Below are positions 37,566-50,196 of a stretch of 64,000 nt of DNA, piece by piece; the first letter of the stretch is position 1, and each line of letters starts with the position of its first letter. The stretch covers positions 34,658,001 to 34,722,000 of the forward strand of contig NW_025963791.1 in assembly GCF_023055435.1 (NCBI RefSeq), in the 5' to 3' direction. The notes beneath the pieces are model-generated. The model saw nothing but the letters and a program-made list of their open reading frames with translations, searched no databases and was not told the origin of the DNA. The translations under genes and the position numbers were made by a program. Source of the stretch: Haliotis rufescens (Eukaryota).

Positions 37566-38511
37566 TGGTGAGTGGTGGAACTAAATACAAGGTGATAAAC
37601 ATTCTACAACTACAGAATCTGCAGGAGGTAGTATCATATTCAGTTACAGGTTGTTTAACGCCACACTTATCACTATTCAAGCTATAAGACAGCAGACAAT
37701 AAGAAATGGAGACTGGATCAGACAAACCAGTGATTGACATCATGAGCAACATCCAAAGCTGCATGTTGGGTACAATGACACACAATTCACCAAGCTACCA
37801 GCCTTTTTTTTCTTTCTCATTATTTGCTAAAAAAATTGCGTTATCGTTTCACTGATTAACATCTTCTGTCACATCCTACTTCAGCGATTCCAGTAACTCA
37901 TTCCCTCCCTGAAATGTTTTGTTACTTTCATCATTTGTCGTACATCATTACTTGTTTCCATTGTTTTTTTAATTGTTTTGTTAGTACCCATTCCAGTTTC
38001 TTTGTTTGTTGTTTTTTACGCCACACATACTCCAGCTGTATGACAGAGGTCTGTAAAATCAAGTCTGGACCAGACAATCCAGAGATTGACATTATGAGCA
38101 TCGATCTTCGCAGTTGGGATACGATGACATGCATCAACCAAGTCAGTGAGTCTGACCATCCAATCCCGTTAGTCGCCTTTTACGACAAGCATAGCCACCT
38201 CTTATGACCAGCATGGGTTGCTGAAATTCTAACCCGGATCTTCATGGGGATTTGACCTTTTCTATCATCTATTTCACTTTCCATATAAATCATTTTTTCT
38301 CAATCATTCACTTCTCATATTTCAATGATTGTCTGTCAATCATTCAGCATTTTTCTTTCATTGATAAACACTCACAGGCCAACACCTTAACTTATGTTGC
38401 CTATGGTATTTTATCAATAATGCCATGATAATTACAAACTGGTCAACTGGAATGGTCTATCCGAAGATTATCACTTAAATAATAAATATCCATATTGATT
38501 ACATAATTTCA

Positions 38512-38786
38512 GACCCGTGAAGATTCCTGGGTAGAATCGGTCTTCAGCAACCCATGCTTGCCGTGTAAAAAGGTGACTATGCTTGTCGTAAAAGGCAACT
38601 AACGGGATCGGGTAGTCAGGTTCGCTGACTTGGTTGATGCATGTCATCGATCCCAATTGCGTTGATTGATGCTCATGATATCAATTACTAGACTGTCTGG
38701 TCCAGACTCGATTATTTACAGACCGCCGTCATATACCGTAGCTGGAATATTGCTGAGTGCGGCGTTAAACAACAAACCAACCAACA
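38512..38786 (+). mobile_element. Retroposon family C (275 bp, no recognisable tRNA head, (AAAC)n tail), full-length copy
   Basis: TSD ACATAATTTCA. Starts GACCCGTGAAGAT and ends with the shared GCTGGAATATTGCTGAGTGCGGCGTTAAAC tail. Other copies at about 549-780, 5210-5375, 18095-18335, 19763-19830, 37649-37800, 38003-38250, 46844-46996, 59521-59767 (minus) and 24012-24161, 47020-47220 (plus). Confidence 0.88.
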
Positions 38787-38834
38787 ACATAATTTCAACC
38801 ATACCCTAATTACAAATAAAAGGTAAGTACTTAC

Positions 38835-39210
38835 AATTCCGATTCCTTCTGGTATACTTTCGTGTCAAATTCATGGCAAAGTCGTGCCAAAGTCTGTGCC
38901 AGTGCACATGATTAAACATGATCCTATTATCAGAAGTGAAAACAACCATTTCTCACGCCCTGTGACAAAGGTACACTACAGTAAGTCTTCCTCCCAGACC
39001 ACATTCAGGAATTTCCTCCAAACCCATTACAACACCACCTACATCAAAAGGTTTCACTTGGTAATCGCCCATTTCCTGACACGGACATGATCTCAGCGAC
39101 ACAAGTAATCTTTGTGGTCATTACATAGCAGGGTTCTTCATTCAAGTCTACACTGACACAACTAAACTCTCTGTGGCGTCACCAACACTTCATTTGAAAG
39201 GAAAATGCAT
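38835..39210 (-). other. Candidate upstream exon of the BCAP-like gene (5'UTR plus possible N-terminal extension)
   Basis: tttcag acceptor at 39211-39212 and GTAAGT donor. The 3' part reads MVVFTSDNRIMFNHVHWHRLWHDFAMNLTRKYTRRNRN and ends in phase 1, in frame with the TIR exon. Confidence 0.5.
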
Positions 39211-39831
39211 CTGAAACAATACATGCTGATAAAAGTGATCTTAAAGAGCATCTTAGCGCTATGATGGTCATAACTCCCATACTTTAACATAGGCTTATGA
39301 TAATCTAAACGCTAAGATGACTTTGTGCAAGTGAGCCTTGTAGTCCTTGCCAAACTGCCCAATAGTTAAGGTATCATAAGGAGAAGTAGAAATTTGCCTT
39401 TGTAAGGGTTTTACAATATGTTATAATAAGGACTAGTGGACTAAAAATGTTAGTTTCTACTGAAGAGAAATGGTCTTAGTAAACTGGGAGGGCAATCTTG
39501 GAAAGTTTGGCTTTAGGATTCAATTGTAATTTTAGATATAGATATGTCATTACCATATTGTCTCGTTATTAGTTAGCACTCGAGTATCATGTGCACACAC
39601 ATTCTCAGTAATCCATCTGTAGTTGCTTTAAATGACGGTGATAGGCGCAATCTGACGATCAGTTCACCATGTTCACACAAAATTGCCCAAATTCATGTTA
39701 ACAATATTTAAGGAAATTTTGTATAAAATTAATAAAATATATTACAACCATAAGTCCAGATATACAATGAACACTTTTTATAGACAGACAACATAATGAC
39801 AGCACAAAATTGTGTATTTCAGTACACAATA

Positions 39832-40006
39832 CAGTAAACTACGTTTATAACGAAAACGCTTGTAACAAAATGACGGATATAATGAACATATTTTTTCGTC
39901 CAGGACATTTCTTGTATATATGCTGTATATAAGCTTATAACTAACTACGGTTATAATGAACTAAAATTAGTAGTCCCTTTGAGTTCGTAATAACCGTAGT
40001 TTACTG
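39832..40006. mobile_element. Tc1/pogo-type MITE
   Basis: TA TSD and TIR CAGTAAACTACG(T/G)TTAT(A/T)ACGAA. Confidence 0.85.
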
Positions 40007-40779
40007 TAGTTGACATGGTATTACCAGTGTCCTGTGTTCAAGATAATATCTTTGCGTTTTGGGAAAAAACATCAAAACTCACTGTCTGCATGTATCACAC
40101 TCACCCTTCAACACAGCTGTAATTTTTTAATAAAGTGTGCACTGTACACAAGAAACTACCCTTATGAAACAGAACATCTCATGATTTTAAAATAATATAA
40201 CTATAAATAATTCTTGTTTTAGTTGTTTTAGGGAAAATACAATCTACTGAAAGTCTGCTTGTCATTGAGTATTGACTGTATGCTTGTATTGTTTGCATGG
40301 AGACAGGAATATTTGAAGTGGCCTTTGTACACTCACAATAGATGACTATAAATATGATAGTGCACTTTGAGCCCTCTTGAACATATCAGAAAAGTAAGAT
40401 CAGGGAACTGAATGTCAATTCACATGTGGACAGTGATTTATAAATTTCTTTTTCAGTGCTAGCATTTTAGGCATTTTATTATTAACATTTACATAGAGCG
40501 AAACTTTTTTTCAGGTTCTCAATTCAGGGTGTGAACAGATAGAACACATTGAACATGATGAATCACTTAACAATCTGTTACTCGTCCTTCCCTTTGTCAA
40601 GATCACAACATTAATTTCTGAAGAAATTGAAATGTACATAGCAACTTAATAATTTAAAGGATTAAAACATCTCACCTAGCCCAATGACACAATTTTCTTT
40701 TACAGGCCTAGAGAAAGAAACTATATTGAAGATTGAAGATTGAAGATTGAAATGGTGCCCCAGAGCACCTAGCACCGGG

Positions 40780-41325
40780 CCACCTAGCACAACTCCTGCC
40801 ATGCCAAAGGAAAGACCTGAGCAGCCCCAGGGCACCTAGCTCAACTCTTGCCATGCCAAAGGAAAGACATGAGCAGCCCCGGGGCACCTAGCTCAACTCT
40901 TGCCATGCCAAAGGAAAGACATGAGCAGCCCCGGGGCACCTAGCTCAACTCTTGCCATGCCAAAGGAAAGACATGACCAGCCCCGGGGCACCTTGCGCAA
41001 CTCTTGTAATGCCAAAGGAAAGACCTGAGCTCCCGGGGCACCTAGCTCAACTCTTGCCATGCCAAAGGAAAGACATGAGCAGCCCCGGGGCACCTAGCGC
41101 AACTCCTGCCATGCCAAAGGAAAGACCTGAGCAGCCCCGGGGCACCAAGCGCAACTCCTGCCATGCCAAAGGAAAGACCTGAGCAGCCCCGGGGCACCTA
41201 GCTCAACTCTTGCCATGCCAAAGGAAAGGCCTGAGCAGCCCCGGGGCACCTAGCTCAACTCTTGCCATGCCAAAGGTAAGACCTGAGCAGCCCCGGGGCA
41301 CCTAGCTCAACTCTTGCCATGCCAA
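40780..41325. repeat. Minisatellite, 52-bp GC-rich unit
   Basis: CCCGGGGCACCTAGCTCAACTCTTGCCATGCCAAAGGAAAGAC(A/C)TGAGCAGC, about 10 units. Confidence 0.96.
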
Positions 41326-41455
41326 GGGTGGGGTTTACATTGTTCCCATGCAGGAACCAAACCCAGATTGTCGTCAATGACAATGAACTCTTTAACTGGG
41401 TGACTTCCTAGAACAGGAGCACCTATAAACTAGAACACAGTCAAGACAACTGATA

Positions 41456-42104
41456 GAGAGAGAGAGATTCTTTATTTCCTCCAGATGTCATTCCGAAGAT
41501 TACAATGAAAATATATTCAATTACACGCAGTTAACACAATAAAAAAAGGCATAACATATTTACAATTACACACAGTTTATCAAATTCAGATACCTAAATG
41601 AAGACAGATATTCACTAGAAGATATATATCAAAAGATGCCAAAGTTTGTACAGATACGAGGCGAATTGTAGTATAATAGCTTCCCAGGTGTGTTGATCCA
41701 GATTGTGAGTAAATTTTGTTTCAGACCCAAATAAGACTGATAACATATCTGGTTCATCTTACATTTCAAAATCAACATATTTTTGAACCTCAAGTACGTC
41801 AATGAGAGAAGAGAAAAACGCATTTCTTTCAGCGCTTCACAATGTAAAATAATGTGGCTGTCATAGTCGAAAGCATGCCTATTACAGAGCATGCACTCTT
41901 TCGAAAGTTTACTGCGTGATAATACTGTCACACAGAGTTGTAAAGCAGGTCGATATTCCTGGTACAGAAAAGCTCATTGCCAAAGTACATGGCATGTTTG
42001 AATGAATTCTCTTATAACGTGACATGCTTTCGTTATTTAATACATTTGTGAGCCATGATTGTTCTTCGTATTTGCATATAGTTTCGTTAACACGATTTCT
42101 CCAT
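41456..42104 (-). mobile_element. 5'-truncated LINE 3' fragment (RTE/RTEX-like) with 78-bp target duplication
   Basis: CMLC...SHIILHC knuckle in ORF 41629..41931, AATAAA plus (TC)n tail, flanking direct repeats 41378-41455 and 42105-42182. Confidence 0.85.
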
Positions 42105-42410
42105 TGACAATGAACACTTTAACTGGGTGACTTCCTAGAACAGGAGCACCTAAAAACTAGAACACAGTCAAGACAACTGATATGAAGTGACCCAACTCAG
42201 ATCATGCACAATCCAAATACTTAACCCGCTGCCAAGTTTTTTTATGTAAATCTGACATAGTTTGATCTTCCTCCTTGTAATTGTGGGGTCATGTTCTGAC
42301 ACTCTGCTCTTACTTCTCAACCCATCAACTGGGTGTTCAAACATCTACCACAGATAACACTGTGACCCCCTGGGACTGCGCTGTCAGATCGGGAAGCCTT
42401 TATGCTCAGC

Positions 42411-42593
42411 CGGTTCGACACATTTTGTTTCTAGGTTTGTCAGCACCATACCCGTGCTCGTGGGTTTCACCAGAGTGGTAAATGTCTGAGACCTGCATCA
42501 CTTTGGGCTTTCCTCCCACATTAAGCTGACACGCCGTGATATAACTGGAATACTGTTAAAAGCGGCGTTAAACCCAACTCACTCACTCACTCA
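42411..42593 (+). mobile_element. SINE family A, 5'-truncated
   Basis: 3' two-thirds of the body plus (ACTC)n. TSD ATGCTCAGCC. Confidence 0.88.
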
Positions 42594-44094
42594 ATGCTCA
42601 GCCACATACACCACAGGCTGCCCATCCCCGACAAGTTATTCAATAAATCAAATGCAAATAAGCAACATCAGTTTTTATACCAAGTCTTCTTCTATCTGAC
42701 TGAATTTCCAGATAGCCGTTGAGGCGACAGTTGTACTATGGCGATGGTGTAGTAAAGACCGTTTTGATTGATACGAAGTGTTTGTTGAGTTTGAGTCAAT
42801 CAAAGTTCTCAACAAGTGAGCATAGTGACAGGCGGAGATACAACACTTGTATTCGATGTGGTCAACACACAAAAAAAAGGTTTTTTTTAGAAAATTCACT
42901 TTTATTTATTTCGGTACCCCAGCAGTTAAATAAGTCGCCGGTCAAAACATGAAAAGGATGTCATGAAACATTGATTTGCAATTTCTATAACGCTATCACT
43001 TAGTAGTAGAGTAGACATCATTTTAACAATGGGATATGATATTATTATACTTCTTACTCAGCAGTTTCTTAAATGTTGGGTGGATTTGTCTTAAAGCATC
43101 GTTAAGCCCAGTGGTATAAATATTTCACACTTTGGTTTAAACAGACAAGAGAAAACACAGAATTTGAAACCTTCCAATAGATGATATGAATAGGGAGCTA
43201 GGTTTGTTTGCTTTAACTTGAACATTTACTTCTTCAGTCATGAACACCGACTCTCAAACATGTGTCGTCCTGGTGTCAGTGTGAGTCACTGAATACAAAG
43301 TCAGATATTTCACAACAGCCTGCATCGTGTCAGTGGCCAAGAGCATGCCAAGAGCATGGCAAGAGCATGGCAAGAGCATGGCAAGAGTACTGCTGTGTGG
43401 TGTCAGGCCACAAACATACACTTACTTTTTTATTCACATTGTGTGAGTGACGGGTGCTACATGTTGGGCAGGACATACTTACCTTTTTCACAAATACCTT
43501 GTGTCATCACTGATTATATTCAGTGATCCATTTATATAATTTTCACATCTATTTTGCCTTAATGTCCAATGACATCTGTCACAGCGGCTAATCAAGACTG
43601 GTTATTATCTAGCTTTGATTTTTTTACATTTTCATCTTTATTTTCCAAGCTAAGACTAAACTTTGGCAAGATGGATTTCAACAATTTTTCAATAATGTCA
43701 TAACTTACTAGCTTAGATGAATAAAGAAATCTCAAGGCAACTGCAAAGATACATTGCATTATTGCACGGAACAATTATCACTGATATCGCAGCATTTTCT
43801 ACAGTTTTTGTGGTAATGGTTACAGACATAGTCTGTAAACTTATTGTTTCTTATATATTTATTTAATTGACATCAACAAGTATTGGCATTTATCCACAGA
43901 TTGCAGACCATTTTTGTCTGTAATGCAAAAAATATTTAAATCAATTATTAAGTGAAAAATAAAGAAAAAACATCTCAACTGGCTCTTTCCACCTTGTGGA
44001 CAATGGTGGAAGCAGTTGTTGCTTCCAAAGTATGATATTACTTATTGTCCGTGTGTTTGTTGTTTAATACAGTTACAGGTGGACTGGTTGAACA

Positions 44095-44685
44095 AATGAA
44101 ATCCCATAATACAAGGTACAACCAATCAAATACCATAATACAAGGTACAACCAATCAAATACCATAATACAAGGTACAACCAATCAAATACCATAATACA
44201 AGGTACAACCAATCAAATATCATAATACAAGGCACAACCAATCAAATCCCATAATACAAGGTACAACCAATCAAATACCATAATACAAGGTACAACCAAT
44301 CAAATACCATAATACAAGGTACAACCAATCAAATCCCATAATACAAGGTACAACCAATCAAATATCATAATACAAGGTACAACCAATCAAATACCATAAT
44401 ACAAGGGACAGCCCATCAAAAACCATAATACAAGGTACAACCAATGAAACCCCATAATACAAGGTACAACCAATGAAACCCCATAATACAAGGTACAACC
44501 AATCAAATACCATAAAACAAGGTACAACCAATCCAATCCCATAATACAAGGTACAGCCGATCAAATATCACAATACAACATACAGCCAATCATATGTCAT
44601 AACACTAATGACAGCCAATCAAACGCCATAACACAAAAGGTACATCCAATCAAATGTCATAACACTAGTGACAGCCAATCAAATG
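44095..44685. repeat. Minisatellite, 29-bp CCATAATACAAGGTACAACCAATCAAATA
   Basis: About 20 units, degenerating rightwards. Confidence 0.96.
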
Positions 44686-46542
44686 AAAGATTTTGACAAA
44701 AACTATATAAGAAAAATAGCTGAAATAGTATCATACGTCTCTCTTTCAACTTTACAAGTGATAGGATATTCCACTTCCAGAAGACAAGAAATATTTATAA
44801 GTGGTAGTCAGCTGATAATTCCCAGTAATTATACTTTCCTAGTATCACTTTCTGTGCCTTGGAGCAGTTTCCTTCCATCCTGAACGGCAACAGAAATAAA
44901 CACTTATTGGCAGAATTTCTGTTGAAGTGGTAAAAATAGATACATCACATATTGTTTTCCCTAAAAATCTGATAGTTCCCTTAAAGGGTGAGGTAAAGAC
45001 AGACTTCCTTCTATTTTATAGTTTACATGTTATTTGCAAACATAAGTTTGGGTAGGTTGAAATAAAGAAATAACTTAATAGCTCAATATTGTTAAATTTT
45101 ATTTGGCAAAAAACTGTTTGGATCCGTTGGTGTACTGGGGAAAATGTTTTAACAGGTAAAAGTGCAGGTTGTTTAAGACAAGTCTTTTATTTCACTAGTC
45201 CTCACAGTTTGTAGCTAGTCATGCTTGACCCTGCCAAAATTGTTTACTTTGCCTATATTTTCTGTCAGTTTTATTCAGTTCCAATTTTACGAAAAATTGC
45301 AAACTGGTTCAGGTTAATAGCCTTCATATGCTACCAGTCTATGAGGACTACCATGATTTGGTTTTCACTTGACCTCAGCACAATTTAGTAGTCTCAGGCC
45401 AGCTGACTAGCAGGACTTTTCAAGGCTGTAGGTTTTAACTTCAGTCAAAGAGAGTTGTCCCTCTTCATAAGGACTGGCGTTAGTGTATAGCCAGGGAGAC
45501 TTACAATGCATTTAATCAATCAGTGTTGTTCCTAGCCTCCATCAACCAAGGGTCCTTAGGGCCCCTTGGTGTCAATTAAGGGGGTCTTCTAAAATTTTGG
45601 AGGGCCTCATCCCTAATAAAGCAAAATTGATGATGATTTTTTAATGCTATGTACTGTCCTTTAATTTTGATGGTCTTAATTCAATAAAACATGGTATAAA
45701 CTGCAATAAAAACTTTTAATTCAAAAGAAATGTTTTCATGTGCATTTGTCACTTCTTCGGTTTAGCAGGCACCATGTTTGTCACTGCTGGCTATGACAGT
45801 ATCTATTTAGAAACAATAAATCTGACTGATCGGAAAATAATATTCAGTGCAGTCCTGCTGTCATTAATTGTAAGCTTGCCTACGATTGGTAAAAAATATC
45901 ACTATAGTAAACTCAAACATGGCGGATACATTTGGCTTAAAAAACATGCTGATGTTTGATTGTTATGTTTACTTATAATACACGATCTTTCGGATTAAAA
46001 TTACATTGAGGTTAGTGAAGGTGAAAAGCTTTGTGCGCCCAGCCAGACGTGTTGTTGTATTTTAATTGCGTCATGCAAAGAAATGTTGAGGGAATCCCGC
46101 AAGGCCACAGTCACGGAACAACACTGTCAATTATTTTAGTATTTTCATATTTTTCATATTTATACATCAGGCGAATTAAAATAAATAGAAACATCAACAT
46201 ATATTTTCTGATTCTGGCTTAAGGCACCAGTCAGTTGAGTCCATAATAAGACTTGCCTCAGAACATTTGATTCATACAATCTAAACCAGTCTAAGAATAA
46301 ATTTCTTCCTGTAGTTAGACAAGATATTATGAGTGAGTGAGTATGGTTTTACGCCGCTTTAGCAATATTCCAGCAACATCGTGTCGGGGGACACCAGAAA
46401 TGGGGGACACCAGAAATGAGGTTCACACAGGTTACCCATGTGGGGAAACAAACCCGGGTCTTGGTGTGACGAGCGACCACTTTAACCAAAAGGCTACCCC
46501 AACGCCCCCGGAGATAATATGTACATGCAATTGAAAGTATGA

Positions 46543-46712
46543 GTGAGTGAGTGAGTGAGTATGGTTTTACGCCGCTTTTAGCAATATTCCAGCAATATCA
46601 CGGCGGGGGACACCAGAAATGGGCTTCACACATTGTACCCATGTTGGGAATCGAACCCGGGTCTTCGGCGTGACGAGCGAATGCTTTAACCACTAGGCTA
46701 CCCGACCGCTCC
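46543..46712 (-). mobile_element. SINE family B
   Basis: TSD CAATTGAAAGTATGA. Confidence 0.93.
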
Positions 46713-47557
46713 CAATTGAAAGTATGAAGTACTCTTATCGCCAGCAGGGCTATCCCACTGAAGCCAAGGTATAGTCAACCATTACGAACCGGGTTACAAT
46801 TGGTCTTCAGGAACCCATGACTAATAGGATTGAGCCACGCTCGGCAATATTCCAGTCAGTAAAGGATCGGGACTAGAAAATCCAGTGGTTGACATCATGA
46901 GCATCAACCTACGCGATTGGGATACGATGACATACATCAACCAAGTCAGTGGGCCTGACCATCCGATCCCGTTAGTCGCCTCCTACGACAAGCATATGGA
47001 GTCCAATGATAATCATTATTATGTTTGTCGTAAGAGGCAATTAACATAATCAGGTGGTCAAGCTCGCTGACCTGGTTGATGCATGTCATTGTATCCCTAT
47101 TGCGTAGATTGATGCTCATGATGTCAATCACTTGATTGTCTGGTCCAGACTTGATTTTTTACAGACCACCGTCATATAGCTGGAATACTGCTGAGTGCGT
47201 CATTAAACAAAGAAACAAACTCCACCACCCCTCTCTCCATTCATAGCTGTTCTCGGTCTGAGGTGCAACTTAGAAATGTCTTTATCTAAGGAAGGTTATC
47301 TAACTCTGTTCATTCTTGAGAAGGAGGGATGGCTTATGATCACTAAGGGGCTTACACAAACAAAGTCGTGCAGAACCTAACTATTCTATTCTGAACTATT
47401 TCCTGTAAGATATATTTTGTGACCTCTTAATTCATTTCCTCCCCCACAGCTGCTTAAAACTATGAAATAGGGTAATACATCATTTACTCCAAACGATGAT
47501 GTAATGTTGAAATGATTAGCCACATCATTATGTGTTGCTACGGTGATAGGTACAGTG

Positions 47558-48234
47558 TAGGGCTGGGACGGGTAACTCGGGTACTCAGGTCGGGTAGGTA
47601 CTGAGGAGGACCCGGGTACCCCCTTGACAACCCGGGCCCATGGTTCGTTACGTGATATATTGTTTAATAGCAAAAATTATCTTGAACTCTATGGTTACAC
47701 TACAAGTCACTTATGTTAACATTTCTGACTATGCACCCATTCCTCTGACTTTATATGTTTGAATAAAGATAAAACTTTAGTCAACTTCAGTGAATGCATG
47801 ACCAGATCGTTTTATAAGTGTATCTAAATACTTTTTGCCAGGGCTACAGTCAAACTATTACCAATCGGACATATTGTACCTATCTCTTGAGAGCTATAGG
47901 GGTACCCGGGTAGGATCGGGTAATAGGGGGTTGGGTACCCGGGTAGGGTTGGGTAATAGGGGGTTGGGTACCCGGGTAGGGTTGGGTAATAGGGGTGAGG
48001 GTACCCGGGTAGGGTCTGGTAATAGGGGTGTGGGTACCTGGGTAGGGTTGGGTAATAGGGGTGAGGGTACCTGGGGAGGGTTGGGTAATAGGGGTGTGGG
48101 TACCCGGGTAGGGTTGGGTAATAGGGGTGTGGGTACCCGGGTAGGGTTGGGTAATAGGGGTGTGGGTACCCGGGTAGGGTTGGGTATAGGGGTGTGGGTA
48201 CCCGGGAAGTAAATTTGGACTCGGCCCAGCCCCA
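47558..48234. mobile_element. Second copy of the hAT-like MITE, inverted, with an internal 30-bp tandem expansion
   Basis: Homologous to 36015-36425. TSD gtacagtg/gtacagct. About 10 units at 47895-48205. Confidence 0.82.
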
Positions 48235-48269
48235 GTACAGCTGGTGTCACAGACATTTTGCTGTGGTTA

Positions 48270-48545
48270 TAATTATGTAAAGTTGGTCCCACACACTCGC
48301 TGCTACAGTGACAGATACGTAAAGTTGCTCTCACATATATGTTGCCATGGTGACATGTAAAGTTGGACCAATATACGTGTTGTTATGGTGATAAGTAAAG
48401 TTGGTGCCACATGCACGCTGCTACAGTGATAGATACGTAAAGTTGCTCTCACATATATATTGCCATGGTGATACGTAAAGTTGGACCCAATTACGTGTTG
48501 CTATGGTGATAAGTAAAGTTGGTTTCACATACATGTTGCTATTCA
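48270..48545. repeat. Degenerate ~39-bp tandem repeat (GTTGCTATGGTGATACGTAAAGTTGG core)
   Basis: About 7 units. Confidence 0.75.
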
Positions 48546-50196
48546 TATACATGTCAAGCTTCAGGCCTCAAAAGCATGGTGCAATAGCAAAGTTTCGGTA
48601 TTGCTTGTATCATGTTGTATTAAAGTGCCAATGACTTGGCTAAAATGAAAATGGCACTGTTGAAACAACATCCTGTGCCACACGCAGAATTCACATTTTC
48701 AAAAAAAAGAAGTGACTTTTATGATGTGAAGCTAGTGATAAATGTATTCCACACAAGTACATTGGACAAACACACTGACCATTTGCATGGAACAAACATT
48801 TAAATAACCTATTTCAATTCAATTGAATGGCATTTCTTCCTTGTTACATCAACAAAAGAGTACATCAAACATATTTTTCAGTTCCGCATGGCACACTGGA
48901 GAAAAACTACAGTTCTAATCCTACAAAGCATGGTGATATACAAGTTTCACATGTATTTTTTAAGTCAGTGTTTTGTATTAACTGACAGTCATTGATTCCC
49001 TCTAGTGCATGTTTCATGATCATATTCCTTGTACAGCTGACAGCAACTTCCTGTGTTCACGTCCTGTTTCCTTTCTCGTCCATGAAAAATAGGATATTAA
49101 TATATAGGGCATTGTTGCTTTTCTTTCAACAATGTAAAATTAATCTCTATAAAACTTATTGTGTCATAAATGAATACACGTCACTAGCTGTAAGATGAAA
49201 TTCAAACGTAGAGCTGGGTTGGTACAATTAATGTATATTCTCTTCAAGAGGGCCGTTATGTTCCCCCAGGTCCCAATTGCAGAACTTAACAGGCAAAATG
49301 GAGTTGGATGGCAACCAAAGTCATCCTGGCTTTTGAAATTTGCAATTGTTGAAATCCTGAAATAGGGTATCGGAGATATCTGGCTGCCTTGAATTGAAAT
49401 GTATATCATTTGCATGGTATTACTGTCATTAAACACACCCAGAATAAAAAATACTGTTCAAAAGAACAATGTATACATAATTAAAATGATTATTATTATT
49501 GGTGGTGAGGTGAAATGGGGATTATCATTGCTGTGTGTGGGCGTGTGGGTGAGTGGGTGTGTGGCTGTTTATACTAGTACAGACAAACGTCGGTTTCATG
49601 TGTGGGTGTGATGTGGGTGTGAGAGAGAGACTCCTAGCTGATCAATCCTTGTTTTATCTATAGCTACTTAATGCCAACCGCCAGACAGGGTAACCACAAG
49701 TACCATCCTATAAGATCTGTTTGTAAGATTCAGCTAGAGATCAAAGTACCACACTTCACTCTCCGGGCAGATATACTCCATCCACTAGACCCCGGAGACG
49801 GTCTTATTATTATCATCATCATCATCATCATGAATTATCATTATTATTATACATGGAGCTATATTAATGCATGACTAATGATCAGTAATACTTTCGGTCA
49901 TCAAATGAATTTAAATTCCCATCATCACAACTGTTGAATGTGTACATCATCGTTCATGTGACGTAGTTTCAGTTAACACAAGTTTATGTTAACTTTTCCT
50001 GTTACTGTTTTGGTATCTTCATGTTATTGTAAAAAATATAAACCTTATAACATTTGGACTGGGAAAAGTATTTCTTCTGTAAAGTGTAGGACTGACTCAA
50101 CCATGTTTAAAACAGGCAGTCGTCTGAGGTGCCACAATTTGATGTGCAGAGCGGTGTGCGACCCTGTGTTCGAATCAGAGACTCGCCCTGGACACT

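Noticed and set aside
47835-48334. Gly-rich and Pro-rich repeat ORFs
   Set aside because: A 30-bp tandem expansion inside a MITE.
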